A stretch of 64,000 nt of DNA from an uncultured Gammaproteobacteria bacterium (GCA_963747145.1 CAVVDZ010000006.1:311756-375755), one strand, 5' to 3'. Counted from the first letter of the stretch, positions 35,740 to 44,800 are shown. Translations and numbers: made by a program. The notes: generated by a model not told the origin, from the sequence alone.

Positions 35740-37512
35740 ATGGCGACGGCAGTCGATTCGCAGGCAATTCCCCGGCAGGCCCCGCCAGAACTTCGGCGCT
35801 GGGTCGAGCAGGTAGCAAAGCGCACCCGGCCGGAGCATGTGCACTGGTGCGACGGCTCGAACGACGAGTACCGTCAGCTGATCCGCCAGATGCTGGCGTC
35901 AAAAGAACTCCACGCGCTCAATCCCGCGACGCATCCGGGCTGCTACCTGCATCGCTCCCATCCATCGGATGTCGCGCGCGTCGAGCACCTGACTTTCGTG
36001 TGCTCCGAGCAGCAGGAGGACGCGGGCCCCAATAACCACTGGATGGCGCCTGCCGAAGCGCGCCGGAAGATGGATGCACTCTTCGACGGTTGCATGCGCG
36101 GGCGCACGATGTACGTGATCCCCTACTGCATGGGCCCGATCGATTCGCCGTACTCGCGCTGCGGTGTCGAGATCACCGACAGCGCCTACGTCGCCGCCAA
36201 CATGCAGCTGATGACGCGGATGGGCAGCGCCGCCCTTGGGCGCATCGCCAGCGACGGGAGCTTCGTGAAGGGCCTGCATTCGATCGGTGAACTCGATCCC
36301 GAGCGCCGGTTCATCATGCATTTCCCGGAGGCGCTCGAGATCCAGAGTTTCGGCTCGGGCTACGGCGGCAATGCCCTGCTCGGAAAGAAGTGCCACGCGT
36401 TGCGCATCGCGAGCTGGCAGGCGCGGCGCGAAGGCTGGCTCGCCGAGCACATGATGATCGTCGGCGTCGAGAATCCGGCGGGCGAAGTCCATTACCTCGC
36501 CTGCGCGTTCCCGTCAGCCTGCGGCAAGACCAATCTCGCGATGCTGATTCCGCCGGCCAGCATGCCCGGCTGGAAGATCTGGACCGTCGGCGACGATATC
36601 GGCTGGCTGCACCCGGGACCGGACGGAAGGCTCTGGGCGATCAACCCGGAGGCCGGCTACTTCGGCGTCGTGCCGGGCACCAATGCCAAGACCAATCGCC
36701 ATGCCTACGAAATGATCCGCCGCGACACGATCTTCACGAATGTCGGCCTGACCGCGGACAACCAGCCCTGGTGGGAGGGGCTCGAGGAAGGCACGCCGGT
36801 CACGGACTGGCAGGGCCGCCCCTATGATCCTGCGAAGGGCCCGGCGGCCCATCCCAATTCGCGATTCACGGTGTCCGCGCGCCAGAACCCGAGCTACTCG
36901 CCGAAGGCGGATGCGCCGGAAGGTGTCCCGATTTCCGCGCTGGTATTCGGCGGTCGCCGCCGCACGCTCGCCCCACTCGTTTTCCAGGCGCGCGACTGGC
37001 GCCACGGCGTGCTGGCCGGCGCGGCGATGGCCTCCGAGACGACTGCGGCCGCGACCGGCGACGTCGGCGTCGTGCGCCGCGACCCGATGGCGATGAAGCC
37101 ATTCGCGGGCTACAACTTCGGCGACTACTGGCGGCACTGGCTGTCGATGGCGGATCGCGTGCCGCGCCTGCCCGGGATATTCCAGGTCAACTGGTTCCGC
37201 CGCGATGCCGGCGGCCGTTTCCTGTGGCCGGGTTACGGCGAGAATCTGCGCGTGCTTGCCTGGATCATCGAACGCTGCAGCGGCCATGCCGCCGGCGTTG
37301 ATACGGCGATCGGCGCAGTCCCGCGCAAGGACGCCCTCAATCTGTCGGGCCTCGATCTGCCGGACGCGACGGTTTCGGAGTTATTGTCGGTGGACGTCGC
37401 GCAATGGCGCGGCGAAGCCGTGGAAATCGGGACCTACCTGGAGGGCTTCGGCTCGCGCCTGCCGGAAGAGTTGCGCGCCGAGCTCGCGCGATTGGGCGCG
37501 CGCCTCGGCTAG
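35740..37512 (+). CDS. pckG: Phosphoenolpyruvate carboxykinase (GTP)
   Basis: The start is set at MATAVDSQ, preceded by GAGGAAGG. Contains VHWCDGS, FGSGYGGNALLGKKC, ACAFPSACGKTNLAML and FQVNWFRRD, the GTP-PEPCK motifs. Confidence 0.92.
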   Translation: MATAVDSQAIPRQAPPELRRWVEQVAKRTRPEHVHWCDGSNDEYRQLIRQMLASKELHALNPATHPGCYLHRSHPSDVARVEHLTFVCSEQQEDAGPNNHWMAPAEARRKMDALFDGCMRGRTMYVIPYCMGPIDSPYSRCGVEITDSAYVAANMQLMTRMGSAALGRIASDGSFVKGLHSIGELDPERRFIMHFPEALEIQSFGSGYGGNALLGKKCHALRIASWQARREGWLAEHMMIVGVENPAGEVHYLACAFPSACGKTNLAMLIPPASMPGWKIWTVGDDIGWLHPGPDGRLWAINPEAGYFGVVPGTNAKTNRHAYEMIRRDTIFTNVGLTADNQPWWEGLEEGTPVTDWQGRPYDPAKGPAAHPNSRFTVSARQNPSYSPKADAPEGVPISALVFGGRRRTLAPLVFQARDWRHGVLAGAAMASETTAAATGDVGVVRRDPMAMKPFAGYNFGDYWRHWLSMADRVPRLPGIFQVNWFRRDAGGRFLWPGYGENLRVLAWIIERCSGHAAGVDTAIGAVPRKDALNLSGLDLPDATVSELLSVDVAQWRGEAVEIGTYLEGFGSRLPEELRAELARLGARLG

Positions 37513-37519
37513 CCGCGAA

Positions 37520-38458
37520 TCAGCCCGTTTCGGATGGGCTCGGGACCGTGTCGGTCCCTTCTTCGCAGCTGAACTCGACCGTGTGATACGACTGCGGCTC
37601 CGGCACGCGCCCGAGTCCGATGACGCCCTTGCCCTTCAGCGGAATCGCATCCCGGCGCACGAAAGCATCGTCGCCATTCTGGCCCTGCACGAACGAGCCG
37701 TTCGTGCTCTCGTCGATCAGCATGAACCGGTTCTTGCCGGCCTCGATGCGCGCGTGCAGGCGCGAGACCAGGTTGCCCTTGATCACCAGGTCGTTTTCCT
37801 GGCCGCGTCCCAGGGTCGCCGACGCGCGCTCGCGATCGTCGAGCACCAGTTCCTGGCCGAGGTAGTTGAGACGGATGCGGAATGTCCGGTGCTGCTCGGT
37901 GATCGTCGCGATCATCGGCAGCATGCTGGTCGTATCGCCGTGCTGCCAAAGCACCTCGAAGATCGTGACCTCGCCTTGCTGGCCGCGCGGCACCGCCACG
38001 TCCACCTGGCGCGCGATCGCGCGCCAGTCATCCGACAGGCGCGCGTAGATCGAGTCCGTGATGATGATCTGCCCTGCCTTCGCCTGGCTGGTCATGCGAT
38101 TGGCGGTGTGCACAGCCGCGCCGAAGACATCGCGCGTCTCGAGCACGACGGGGCCGAAATGGCAGCCGATGCGGATCGCGATCTGCTGGCCGGCCACGTC
38201 CAGCTCCGGATGCGCCTCGATCGCGACCTGCATCTGGACTGCGGCGTCCATCGCCTTGTCGCAATCCTCGAAAGTCGCCAGGATCTCGTCGCCCATGGTC
38301 TTCACGACCGAACCGCCGCGCTGCTCGGTCGCACCACGCATGATGTCCACGCAAAGCGCGACCTTGTCGCGTGCGGTCAGGTCGCCCAGCACCTCGAACA
38401 GGCGTGTGCTGCCGACGACGTCGGCAAAGAGAATGACGAGTTCCTTGTCCTTGCCCAT
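37520..38458 (-). CDS. Class III adenylate/guanylate cyclase fused to a C-terminal FHA domain
   Basis: I trimmed the track ORF to the ATG at 38458: MGKDKELVILFADVVGSTRLF, KTMGDEILATF, RIGCHFGPVV...DVFGAAVHTANRM (cyclase homology domain). The FHA-like part follows: ATLGRGQENDLVIKGNLVSRLHARIEAGKNRFMLIDESTNGSFV. Confidence 0.8.
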   Translation of the reverse strand: MGKDKELVILFADVVGSTRLFEVLGDLTARDKVALCVDIMRGATEQRGGSVVKTMGDEILATFEDCDKAMDAAVQMQVAIEAHPELDVAGQQIAIRIGCHFGPVVLETRDVFGAAVHTANRMTSQAKAGQIIITDSIYARLSDDWRAIARQVDVAVPRGQQGEVTIFEVLWQHGDTTSMLPMIATITEQHRTFRIRLNYLGQELVLDDRERASATLGRGQENDLVIKGNLVSRLHARIEAGKNRFMLIDESTNGSFVQGQNGDDAFVRRDAIPLKGKGVIGLGRVPEPQSYHTVEFSCEEGTDTVPSPSETG

Positions 38459-38626
38459 GGCCGGTCGAGGGTCACCTGAGGCTAGCGCATTGATTATAGG
38501 CGTTATGTCACGGCGTGGCATCCCGGGCCCCGGCGGGCATTTTTTCGCGACTGCGGCAGATTGGGGCGCGGCGGCGGCCAGCCGGCGCTGACATGCTCCG
38601 AGCGTCACCGGCAGGGAGGCCAGGAC

Positions 38627-39133
38627 ATGGCGCTCAGCGTCGAGACCGCGACGTTGGAATCGCTGCGGCACGTCGTCGCGCAGAGCCGAGGCCGGCATGC
38701 ACTGTACGCCGACCATGTGCGCCGCAACGTCGCCGCCCGCCAGCTCGCCCAGAGCTGCAGTCGCCACCGCCTGAAGTGCCTGGTCTGGTGCATCACCGAC
38801 CGGCGCTTCCACGTCGTGCTGCGTGGCGCGCCGGCATCGATCACGCTCGCGACCCACGAGCTGATCGGTTCAAGACTGCGGCACGGACATTGGCTGTCCA
38901 CGATGGTCAATCCCGACCTGTACCTGCTCGAGGTCGTCAGGCACGTGCTGCTCGGCCCCGTGCGCGCGGGCCTGTGCCGCCATGCAGCCGAATGGCCGTT
39001 CTCGAGCGCGCGCGAATCGCTGGGCCTCAGGCCCGCGCCGCCGTGGATGGACCTCACAGCGCTCTACGACCTGCTCGGCCCACGCGACGGCCTGGGTGAC
39101 ACGCGCTTGCGCCGCTTCATGGATGGCGCGTAG
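38627..39133 (+). CDS. IS200/RAYT (Y1 transposase, COG1943)-like protein, apparently catalytically degenerate
   Basis: The ATG is preceded by GGGAGG. The C-terminal half, LYLLEVVRHVLLGPVRAGLCRHAAEWPFSSARESLG, resembles the RAYT block ...YIxxNPVxxGxVxxxxDWPFSS. The HUH position reads RRFHVVL, so only one His is present. Confidence 0.55.
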   Translation: MALSVETATLESLRHVVAQSRGRHALYADHVRRNVAARQLAQSCSRHRLKCLVWCITDRRFHVVLRGAPASITLATHELIGSRLRHGHWLSTMVNPDLYLLEVVRHVLLGPVRAGLCRHAAEWPFSSARESLGLRPAPPWMDLTALYDLLGPRDGLGDTRLRRFMDGA

Positions 39134-40137
39134 CCCCCGACAGCGCGGCTTCGATCATCCCCGGCGCGGCGTCCGCGCGGCTCGCGCCCTTCGCTCAATG
39201 CCCGGCGCCAGGCACGCGCACCCGTGCGGCCCGCGAGCAGTCCCATCATGTGGCGCGTGATCGCCCTGAGTGGCGTGCCTATCGCAAGCTCGCGTTCCGC
39301 GTAATCGCGCATCGCTGCGACGATCGCGGCGGGCTGCGGCGTCTCGAATCCGTCGTCAAGCACGGCGCGGTGCAATGCCGGCAGCAGGTAGGGATTGTGG
39401 TAAGCCTCGCGACCCAGCATCACGCCGTCCACCTGCGCGAGCTGCTCGGTCACCTGCGGCACGGTGCGCAGTCCCCCGTTCACGATCACCGTCAGTGCCG
39501 GGAAGTCGCGCTTGACCCTCCACGCGCGCCCGTAGTTGAGCGGCGGCACTTCCCGGTTCTCCTTCGGGCTGAGGCCCTTCAGCACGGCCTTGCGCGCATG
39601 CACGATCACCGTCGTGCAGCCCGCGGCCGCGACCTCGGCGACGAAAGCCTGCAGGAACCCGTAGTCGTCGTGCTCGTCGATCCCGATCCGGCATTTGACC
39701 GTGACCGGCACGCGGACGGCGTCGCGCATCGCGCGCACGCATTCGCCGACCAGGCGCGGCCTCGCCATCAGGCAGGCGCCGAAGGTCGCGCTCTGCACTC
39801 GATCGCTCGGGCAACCGACATTCAGGTTGATCTCGTCATAGCCGAAATCCGCGCCGATCGCGGCCGCACGGGCGAGTTCCCCTGGATCGCAGCCGCCGAG
39901 CTGCAGCGCGACCGGGTGCTCTGCGGCGTCGCAGGCGAGCAGGCGATCCCGGTCGCCCCGCAGCACGGCGTTCGCGACGATCATCTCCGAGTACAGCAGC
40001 ACGCGCGGCGAGAACTGGCGCAGGAAGTACCGGCAGTGGCGGTCGGTCCAGTCCATCATCGGCGCGACCGAGATCGGCCGCGGCGCCAGTGCCTTCGGCG
40101 AGTCCTCGTATCGGACGCGGATGGATTCTGCAATCAT
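39064..40137 (-). CDS. dusA: tRNA-dihydrouridine(20/20a) synthase; the 3' end is probably distorted by one inserted base (likely true stop 39117..39119)
   Basis: ISVAPMMDWTDRHCRYFLR, HPVALQLGG, YDEINLNVGCPSDRVQ, IHARKAVLKGLSPKENREVPPL. After RRALSE the annotated frame becomes Arg-rich junk. The +1 frame instead reads GASRADAAPGMIEAALSGATRHP-stop, which parallels the E. coli DusA tail. Confidence 0.88.
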   Translation of the reverse strand: MIAESIRVRYEDSPKALAPRPISVAPMMDWTDRHCRYFLRQFSPRVLLYSEMIVANAVLRGDRDRLLACDAAEHPVALQLGGCDPGELARAAAIGADFGYDEINLNVGCPSDRVQSATFGACLMARPRLVGECVRAMRDAVRVPVTVKCRIGIDEHDDYGFLQAFVAEVAAAGCTTVIVHARKAVLKGLSPKENREVPPLNYGRAWRVKRDFPALTVIVNGGLRTVPQVTEQLAQVDGVMLGREAYHNPYLLPALHRAVLDDGFETPQPAAIVAAMRDYAERELAIGTPLRAITRHMMGLLAGRTGARAWRRALSEGREPRGRRAGDDRSRAVGGYAPSMKRRKRVSPRPSRGPSRS

Positions 40138-40142
40138 GCGGC

Positions 40143-40616
40143 ATGATCGCAAGGATCGTCGTCGCCAACCAGTCGGAAGCGAGATTCTACGACTCGTCAG
40201 GACCCGCATCGCAGTTGCAGGCGGCCGGACGACTCGACAATCCGGACGCCCGGCTGCACGACCGGGACCTGAAATCCGACCGCCCGGGTCGCGTCTTCAC
40301 GAGCGCTTCCAGCGGTCACGGGCGGCGCGGAGCGGTCGCGCATCATGGTGCCGGTGGCGAGCAGAGTCCCCGCAAGCATGTCGCGACCGTCTTTGCGAAA
40401 CGGATTGTGGATGAACTCGCCACGGCAAAGCAGGGCCGGCAGTTCGACCGCCTGGTCCTGATCGCCGCACCCGCTTTCCTCGGCATCCTGCGCAAGGCCC
40501 TTCCGGAATCGCTGCAATCCGTCGTGACCGCGGAGGTCGCGAAGGACTTGCAGGACCCGACCGACGATGAAGTGCGCGAGCACATACCCGCGCAGGCCTT
40601 TCACACAAAGCCCTGA
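40143..40616 (+). CDS. Host_attach (PF10116)-like protein
   Basis: 157 aa: MIARIVVANQSEARFYDS...DLKSDRPGRVF...EQSPRKHVATVFAKRIVDELATAKQGRQFDRLVLIAAPAFLGILRKAL...EVAKDL. The pattern matches my memory of the host-attachment protein family. Confidence 0.65.
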   Translation: MIARIVVANQSEARFYDSSGPASQLQAAGRLDNPDARLHDRDLKSDRPGRVFTSASSGHGRRGAVAHHGAGGEQSPRKHVATVFAKRIVDELATAKQGRQFDRLVLIAAPAFLGILRKALPESLQSVVTAEVAKDLQDPTDDEVREHIPAQAFHTKP

Positions 40617-40624
40617 CCGCGGGA

Positions 40625-41590
40625 TCAGTTGATGGTCTTGGAGACCGGCCCGGCGTTCGCGCTTTCGGCACCGGTCGTGTCGTAGGCGCTGATCACGAAA
40701 TAATAGGTTCCCGCGGGCAGGTTCGGGACGACCGCGCTCGTCAGGCTTCCGTTCGTGATATCGACGAGGTTCGGGTAACTGCCGATCGCGGTCCCGTAGC
40801 GGATGTGATAACCGTCGAGATTGGTCAACGACGATCCGTCCGTGCGCGTCGTCGGTGGCTGCCAGGAAAGCGTGGCGCTGCCGAGCGATGCCTGTGCGAC
40901 CACGATCGTGAATTGCGGCAGCGTCGCCGTGGCGGAACCGTCGCCGACGCCGATCGTGATACTCGCGTAGTTGCCGACCGTACCGGTGCCGGGTGTGCCC
41001 GTCAGTGCGCCGTTCGTGTCGTTGAACGACGCCCACGCCGGCCGGTTCGCGATGCTGAATGTCAGCGCATCGCCATCGGCATCGTTCGCCACGGGCGTGA
41101 ATGCATACGCCTGGCCTTCACGCGCCGCCGCGGGCGGCGATCCGCTGATCGTCGGCGCCCGGTTGGATTGCGTGACGCTGACTGCGAACGGCGCCAGCGA
41201 AGCGCTCGCCTGGCCGTCGCTGACGCTGATGCGGATGTCGATGTATTCGCCGACCGCTGGCGCCGCCGGTGACCCGGAGAGTTGCCCGTTCGCGGTGCTG
41301 AAGGAGGCCCAGGCAGGCCGGTTCACGATGCTGAAAGAGAGCGGATTGCCGTCGGGGTCGGATGCCACCGGCGTGAAGCTGTAGGTCTGGCCGGTGATCA
41401 CCGAGGGCGCCGGCGCGCCCGAAATGACCGGAGCGCCATTTGCCGGCGGCGGCGGCGGCGGCGGCGGCACCCAGCAGGTTCTGCCCCTGCGCTTCCACCG
41501 ACAGCTCCAGGTATCGGCTTCGGCAACGGAGGCCAGTGTCATGGCGGTCACGAGGAATGCCACGACCGCTATCAATTTCGCCTGGCGCAT
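40625..41590 (-). CDS. Secreted protein: signal peptide, Cys-loop, poly-Pro linker, 2 He_PIG/cadherin-like repeats, C-terminal FN3
   Basis: The ATG at 41590 is preceded by GGAG. Signal peptide MRQAKLIAVVAFLVTAMTLASVAEA, then DTWSCRWKRRGRTCWVPPPPPPPP. Two ~92-aa repeats follow (GQxYxFTPxAxDxDGxxLxFSIxNRPAWASFxxxxGxLxGxP...). The FN3-like tail is ATLSWQPPTTRTDGSSLTNLDGYHIRYG...YYFVISAYDTTGAESANAGPVSKTIN. Confidence 0.75.
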   Translation of the reverse strand: MRQAKLIAVVAFLVTAMTLASVAEADTWSCRWKRRGRTCWVPPPPPPPPANGAPVISGAPAPSVITGQTYSFTPVASDPDGNPLSFSIVNRPAWASFSTANGQLSGSPAAPAVGEYIDIRISVSDGQASASLAPFAVSVTQSNRAPTISGSPPAAAREGQAYAFTPVANDADGDALTFSIANRPAWASFNDTNGALTGTPGTGTVGNYASITIGVGDGSATATLPQFTIVVAQASLGSATLSWQPPTTRTDGSSLTNLDGYHIRYGTAIGSYPNLVDITNGSLTSAVVPNLPAGTYYFVISAYDTTGAESANAGPVSKTIN

Positions 41591-41604
41591 GTCGATGACT
41601 CCGC

Positions 41605-41641
41605 TGTTGTGTGGCCGGGCTGTCGCACCGGCCACAAACAA
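41605..41641 (-). promoter_or_regulatory. Leader hairpin between the riboswitch aptamer and the RBS (candidate expression platform)
   Basis: RNA sense: GUUGUUUGUGGCCGG ugcgacagc CCGGCCACACAACA, immediately followed by GCGGAGUCAUCGAC-AUG. There is no U-tract. Confidence 0.45.
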
Positions 41642-41677
41642 CGGACGCCGAGGTAGAGCACAGACGTGCCGCCTCAA

Positions 41678-41760
41678 GTGGCAACCCCGCTATCGTGGGC
41701 CGTGCGGCCGACAGACCGGTGGCTTTGCGCCCCCGCCTTTCGACGGGTTTGCTCTGTTTC
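41678..41760 (-). promoter_or_regulatory. c-di-GMP-I (GEMM-I) riboswitch aptamer
   Basis: RNA sense: ACAGAGCAAACCCGUCGAAAGGCGGGGGCGCAAAGCCACCGGUCUGUCGGCCGCACGGCCCACGAUAGCGGGGUUGCCAC. It has the conserved GCAAACC block, a GAAA-capped P1b (CGUC/GGCG), GGGNCGCAAAGCC, CCGG, and AGCGGGGUUGCC closing P1 (GGCAA/UUGCC). This is a near block-for-block match to the V. cholerae Vc2 aptamer as I remember it. Confidence 0.85.
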
Positions 41761-41773
41761 ACTGTCGACGGGG

Positions 41774-41801
41774 ATTCTGGCGCGCGTGTCGTCGATGACA
41801 A
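41774..41801 (-). promoter_or_regulatory. Candidate sigma-70 promoter driving the riboswitch leader
   Basis: On the minus strand: TTGTCA, a 16-nt spacer, then CAGAAT. The -10 element ends about 20 nt upstream of the aptamer. Confidence 0.35.
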
Positions 41802-41864
41802 GCACGGCGTGTCGCGACCGGCAGACACTTTGCGACAGTCAGTGACGCAACAGTGCGTCGGGAC

Positions 41865-44800
41865 TTATGTCCTGGTGCGGGTGATCAGCTTGCGGTGCGG
41901 GAATCCGGACATCGGGCACGGGCGGCCGCACAGGAATCCCTGCGCATAGCCGACACCGATCTGGCGCAATGTCTCGAGCACTTCGGGAGTCTCGACGCGC
42001 TCGGCGACGGTCTCGATGCCGATCGCTTTGCCGATCTGGACGATCGCCTCGACCATGCTCCGGTCGATGCGGTCGTTGGCAACGTTCTGGACGAACTGCC
42101 CGTCGATCTTCAGGAAATGCACCGGCAGCGTGCGCAGGTAATTGAACGACGACAGTCCGCTGCCGAAATCGTCGAGCGCGATCAGGCAGCCGCGGCTCGC
42201 CATCTCGCGCATCAGGTAGCTCGCGTGCCCGAGGTTCGTGATCGCGGCCGTTTCGGTGACCTCGAAGCACAACACGCCCGGCGTCGGCTCGTGGGTCTCA
42301 AGGGTCTGGATCAGGAATTCGAGGAATCCCGGGTCGGAGAGTGTCGTTCCGGACAGGTTGACCGCGACCGTGAACTCCGCCGTCTCGACGCCATCCTTGG
42401 TGGACGGCACGATGTCGCGCAGGACCTTTTCGACGACCCAGCGATCCAGCGACGGCATCAGGTTGTAGCGCTCAGCCGCCGGGATGAACTCGTCGGGCAA
42501 CACGGTCTGGCCATTCTCGTCAAGCAGGCGCAGCAGCAATTCGTAATGCGGCCGCGCGTCCGCCGGGCCTGAGATCTTGACGATCGGCTGGAACACGATG
42601 TCGAGGCGTCCCTCATCGCGGGCGTTCGTCAGCCGCGACATCCAGCGCATCTCACGGTGGCGCGCCGAGGCGCTCGCCGGGTCGTAAACCTGCACGCGGT
42701 TGCGGCCGCCGTCCTTTGCCGAATAGCAGGCAATGTCGGCGGCCGACAGCAGCGTCGCGACGCTCTCAGTGTCGTGGTTGATTTCGACGATGCCGATGCT
42801 GGCGCCGATCTGCAAAGTGCTCGCGCCCCAGTTGAACCGCAGGTCGCGGATCGCCTGGCGAAGCATGTCGGCGATGCGCAGCGCCTGCTCCGGCGTGCAA
42901 TGCTCGAGCAGCACGCCGAACTCGTCGCCGCCGAGGCGCGCCAGCACGTCGTTGGCGCGCACGCGGGTCTGCAGCAGGCCCGTGACCTGGCGCAACAGCT
43001 GGTCGCCGGCCGGATGGCCGCAGGTGTCGTTCACGACCTTGAACTGGTCAAGGTCCACATAGACCATCGCATGGCGGATGTTGTGGTCCGCGCGCGCGGT
43101 TTCCAGCGCGACATTGAGCCGGCTCTCGAACTCGCGGCGGTTGATCAGCCCGGTCAGTGCGTCGTGCGCCGCCTGGTAGGACAACAGGCGCTTCATCCGG
43201 CGCTCGCGGCTGACATCGCTGAAGACCATCACCGCGCCGGCCGTGTTTCCATTGCGATCGCGGATCGGTGCCACCGTCGCCTGGATCGGCACCTCGGCAC
43301 CGCTCCTGCTCACGAGCACCGTCTGGTCGGCAAGGCTGAGCGGCTCGCCGGTCACGAGCGCGCGGCTCACGGGGTCGTCGATCGGCGCCTGGCTGCCGTC
43401 GGTGACCAGCTTGACGACGACCGTGACATTGCGGCCACAGGCCTCGCGGGAATCCCAGCCGGTCAGCTTCTCGGCGATCGGATTCACGTAGTCGATCGTC
43501 CCGGCGCGATCGGTCGTGATCACCGCGTCTGCGATCGACTGCAGTGTGACCTCAGCGCGCTCCTTCTGCTCGTAGAAGCGCTGCTCAGCGCGCTTGCGCT
43601 CCGTGATGTCCGTGACCGTTCCCTCGAAACCGGTCGGCTGGTTGCGCTCGTCGCGGTTGAGCCGCGCGTTCTCCGTGATCGTGATGATCGTGCCGTCCTT
43701 GCGCTTCAGGTCGTACTCGGTCTCGACCAGCTCGCCCTCGGTGATCAGCCGGTCGATCAGCCGGTGGCGGGTCTCGGGCACGACATACAGCGTCTCGGTC
43801 GAGCCGATGGCGCGCAGTTCCTCGAGCGAGGCATAGCCCAGCATCTCGATCAGCGCCGGGTTGGCCGACAGCAGGTAACCCTCCAGCGTGACCTGGTAGA
43901 CGCCCTCGACGACATTGTCGAAGAGGCCGCGGAACCGCCGTTCGCTTTCCCGCAGCGCGTCCTCGCTGCTGCGCCGCTCGATCGCGATGCGCGCGAGCTG
44001 GGCCATGCGTCCGACCAGTTCGAGGTCGCGCCGCGATGGCATGCGCGTGCGCTTCAGGTAGGTTGCGAATGTGCCGAGCGTGCGGCCATCGGCCCCGGTG
44101 ATCGGCGTCGACCAGCAGGCATGCAGGCCGGCCCGCGCGGCCGCGTCGCGGCGATGTTCCCACAGCGCGTCCTTCGCGATGTCCGGGACGATGATCTGGC
44201 GCTGCAGCGCCACTGCTGCGGCGCAGGATCCGAAGCGGATCTCGGCAGGGACATTGTCCATCAGCGCGACATACTCGCGCGGCAGACTGGGACCGGCCGC
44301 ATGGGTCAGCGTCCGCTTCACCGGGTCATACAGCCGGATGCAGCAGACCGCGTCCGGCAGCACGCGTTCGACGACCTCGGTGATCGCCACCAGCGCGCCC
44401 GTCAGCGGCTCGTTCGACGCGATCTTCTCGAAAGCGCGCCGTTCGCCTGTGCTGATCAGCTCGGCCCTCTTGCGCTCGGTGATGTCGATGATGCTGGCTC
44501 GGATCAGGCTGCCATTGGAACTCGGCAGCCGCACGAAACGAACTTCGCAGGGCATTACATTGCCGTCGGCATCGCGGTGCAGCCACTCGAAGACCGGCGC
44601 GCCGCCCGACAGCGCCTCTTCGACATAGCCGCGGCTGATGCCGAATGACGGCGTACCATCCGCCTGCAAGGGCGGGCTGACCGACGCCGGCCCGATGCTC
44701 AGGAGCTTCTCGCGGGTCATCTTGAAGAATTCGGCCGCGTTCTCGTTGCAGTCCACGAAGCGGCCGGACTCGACGTCCAGCACGACGACCGCCTCGGGCG

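Noticed and set aside
38627-39133. Annotating the RAYT/IS200-like gene as a mobile element.
   Set aside because: There are no terminal hairpins, REPs or direct repeats that I could find. The HUH motif is incomplete and there is only a single copy in the window. I kept it as a CDS with a note.
41591-41677. The N-terminally extended ORF of the 2-repeat adhesin starting at the TTG at 41677 right after the aptamer.
   Set aside because: The 29 extra residues (MRRHVCALPRRPLFVAGATARPHNSGVID) would bury the signal peptide, and the ATG at 41590 has a GGAG at ideal spacing. The in-frame continuity is noted in the second riboswitch finding but is not used for the gene model.
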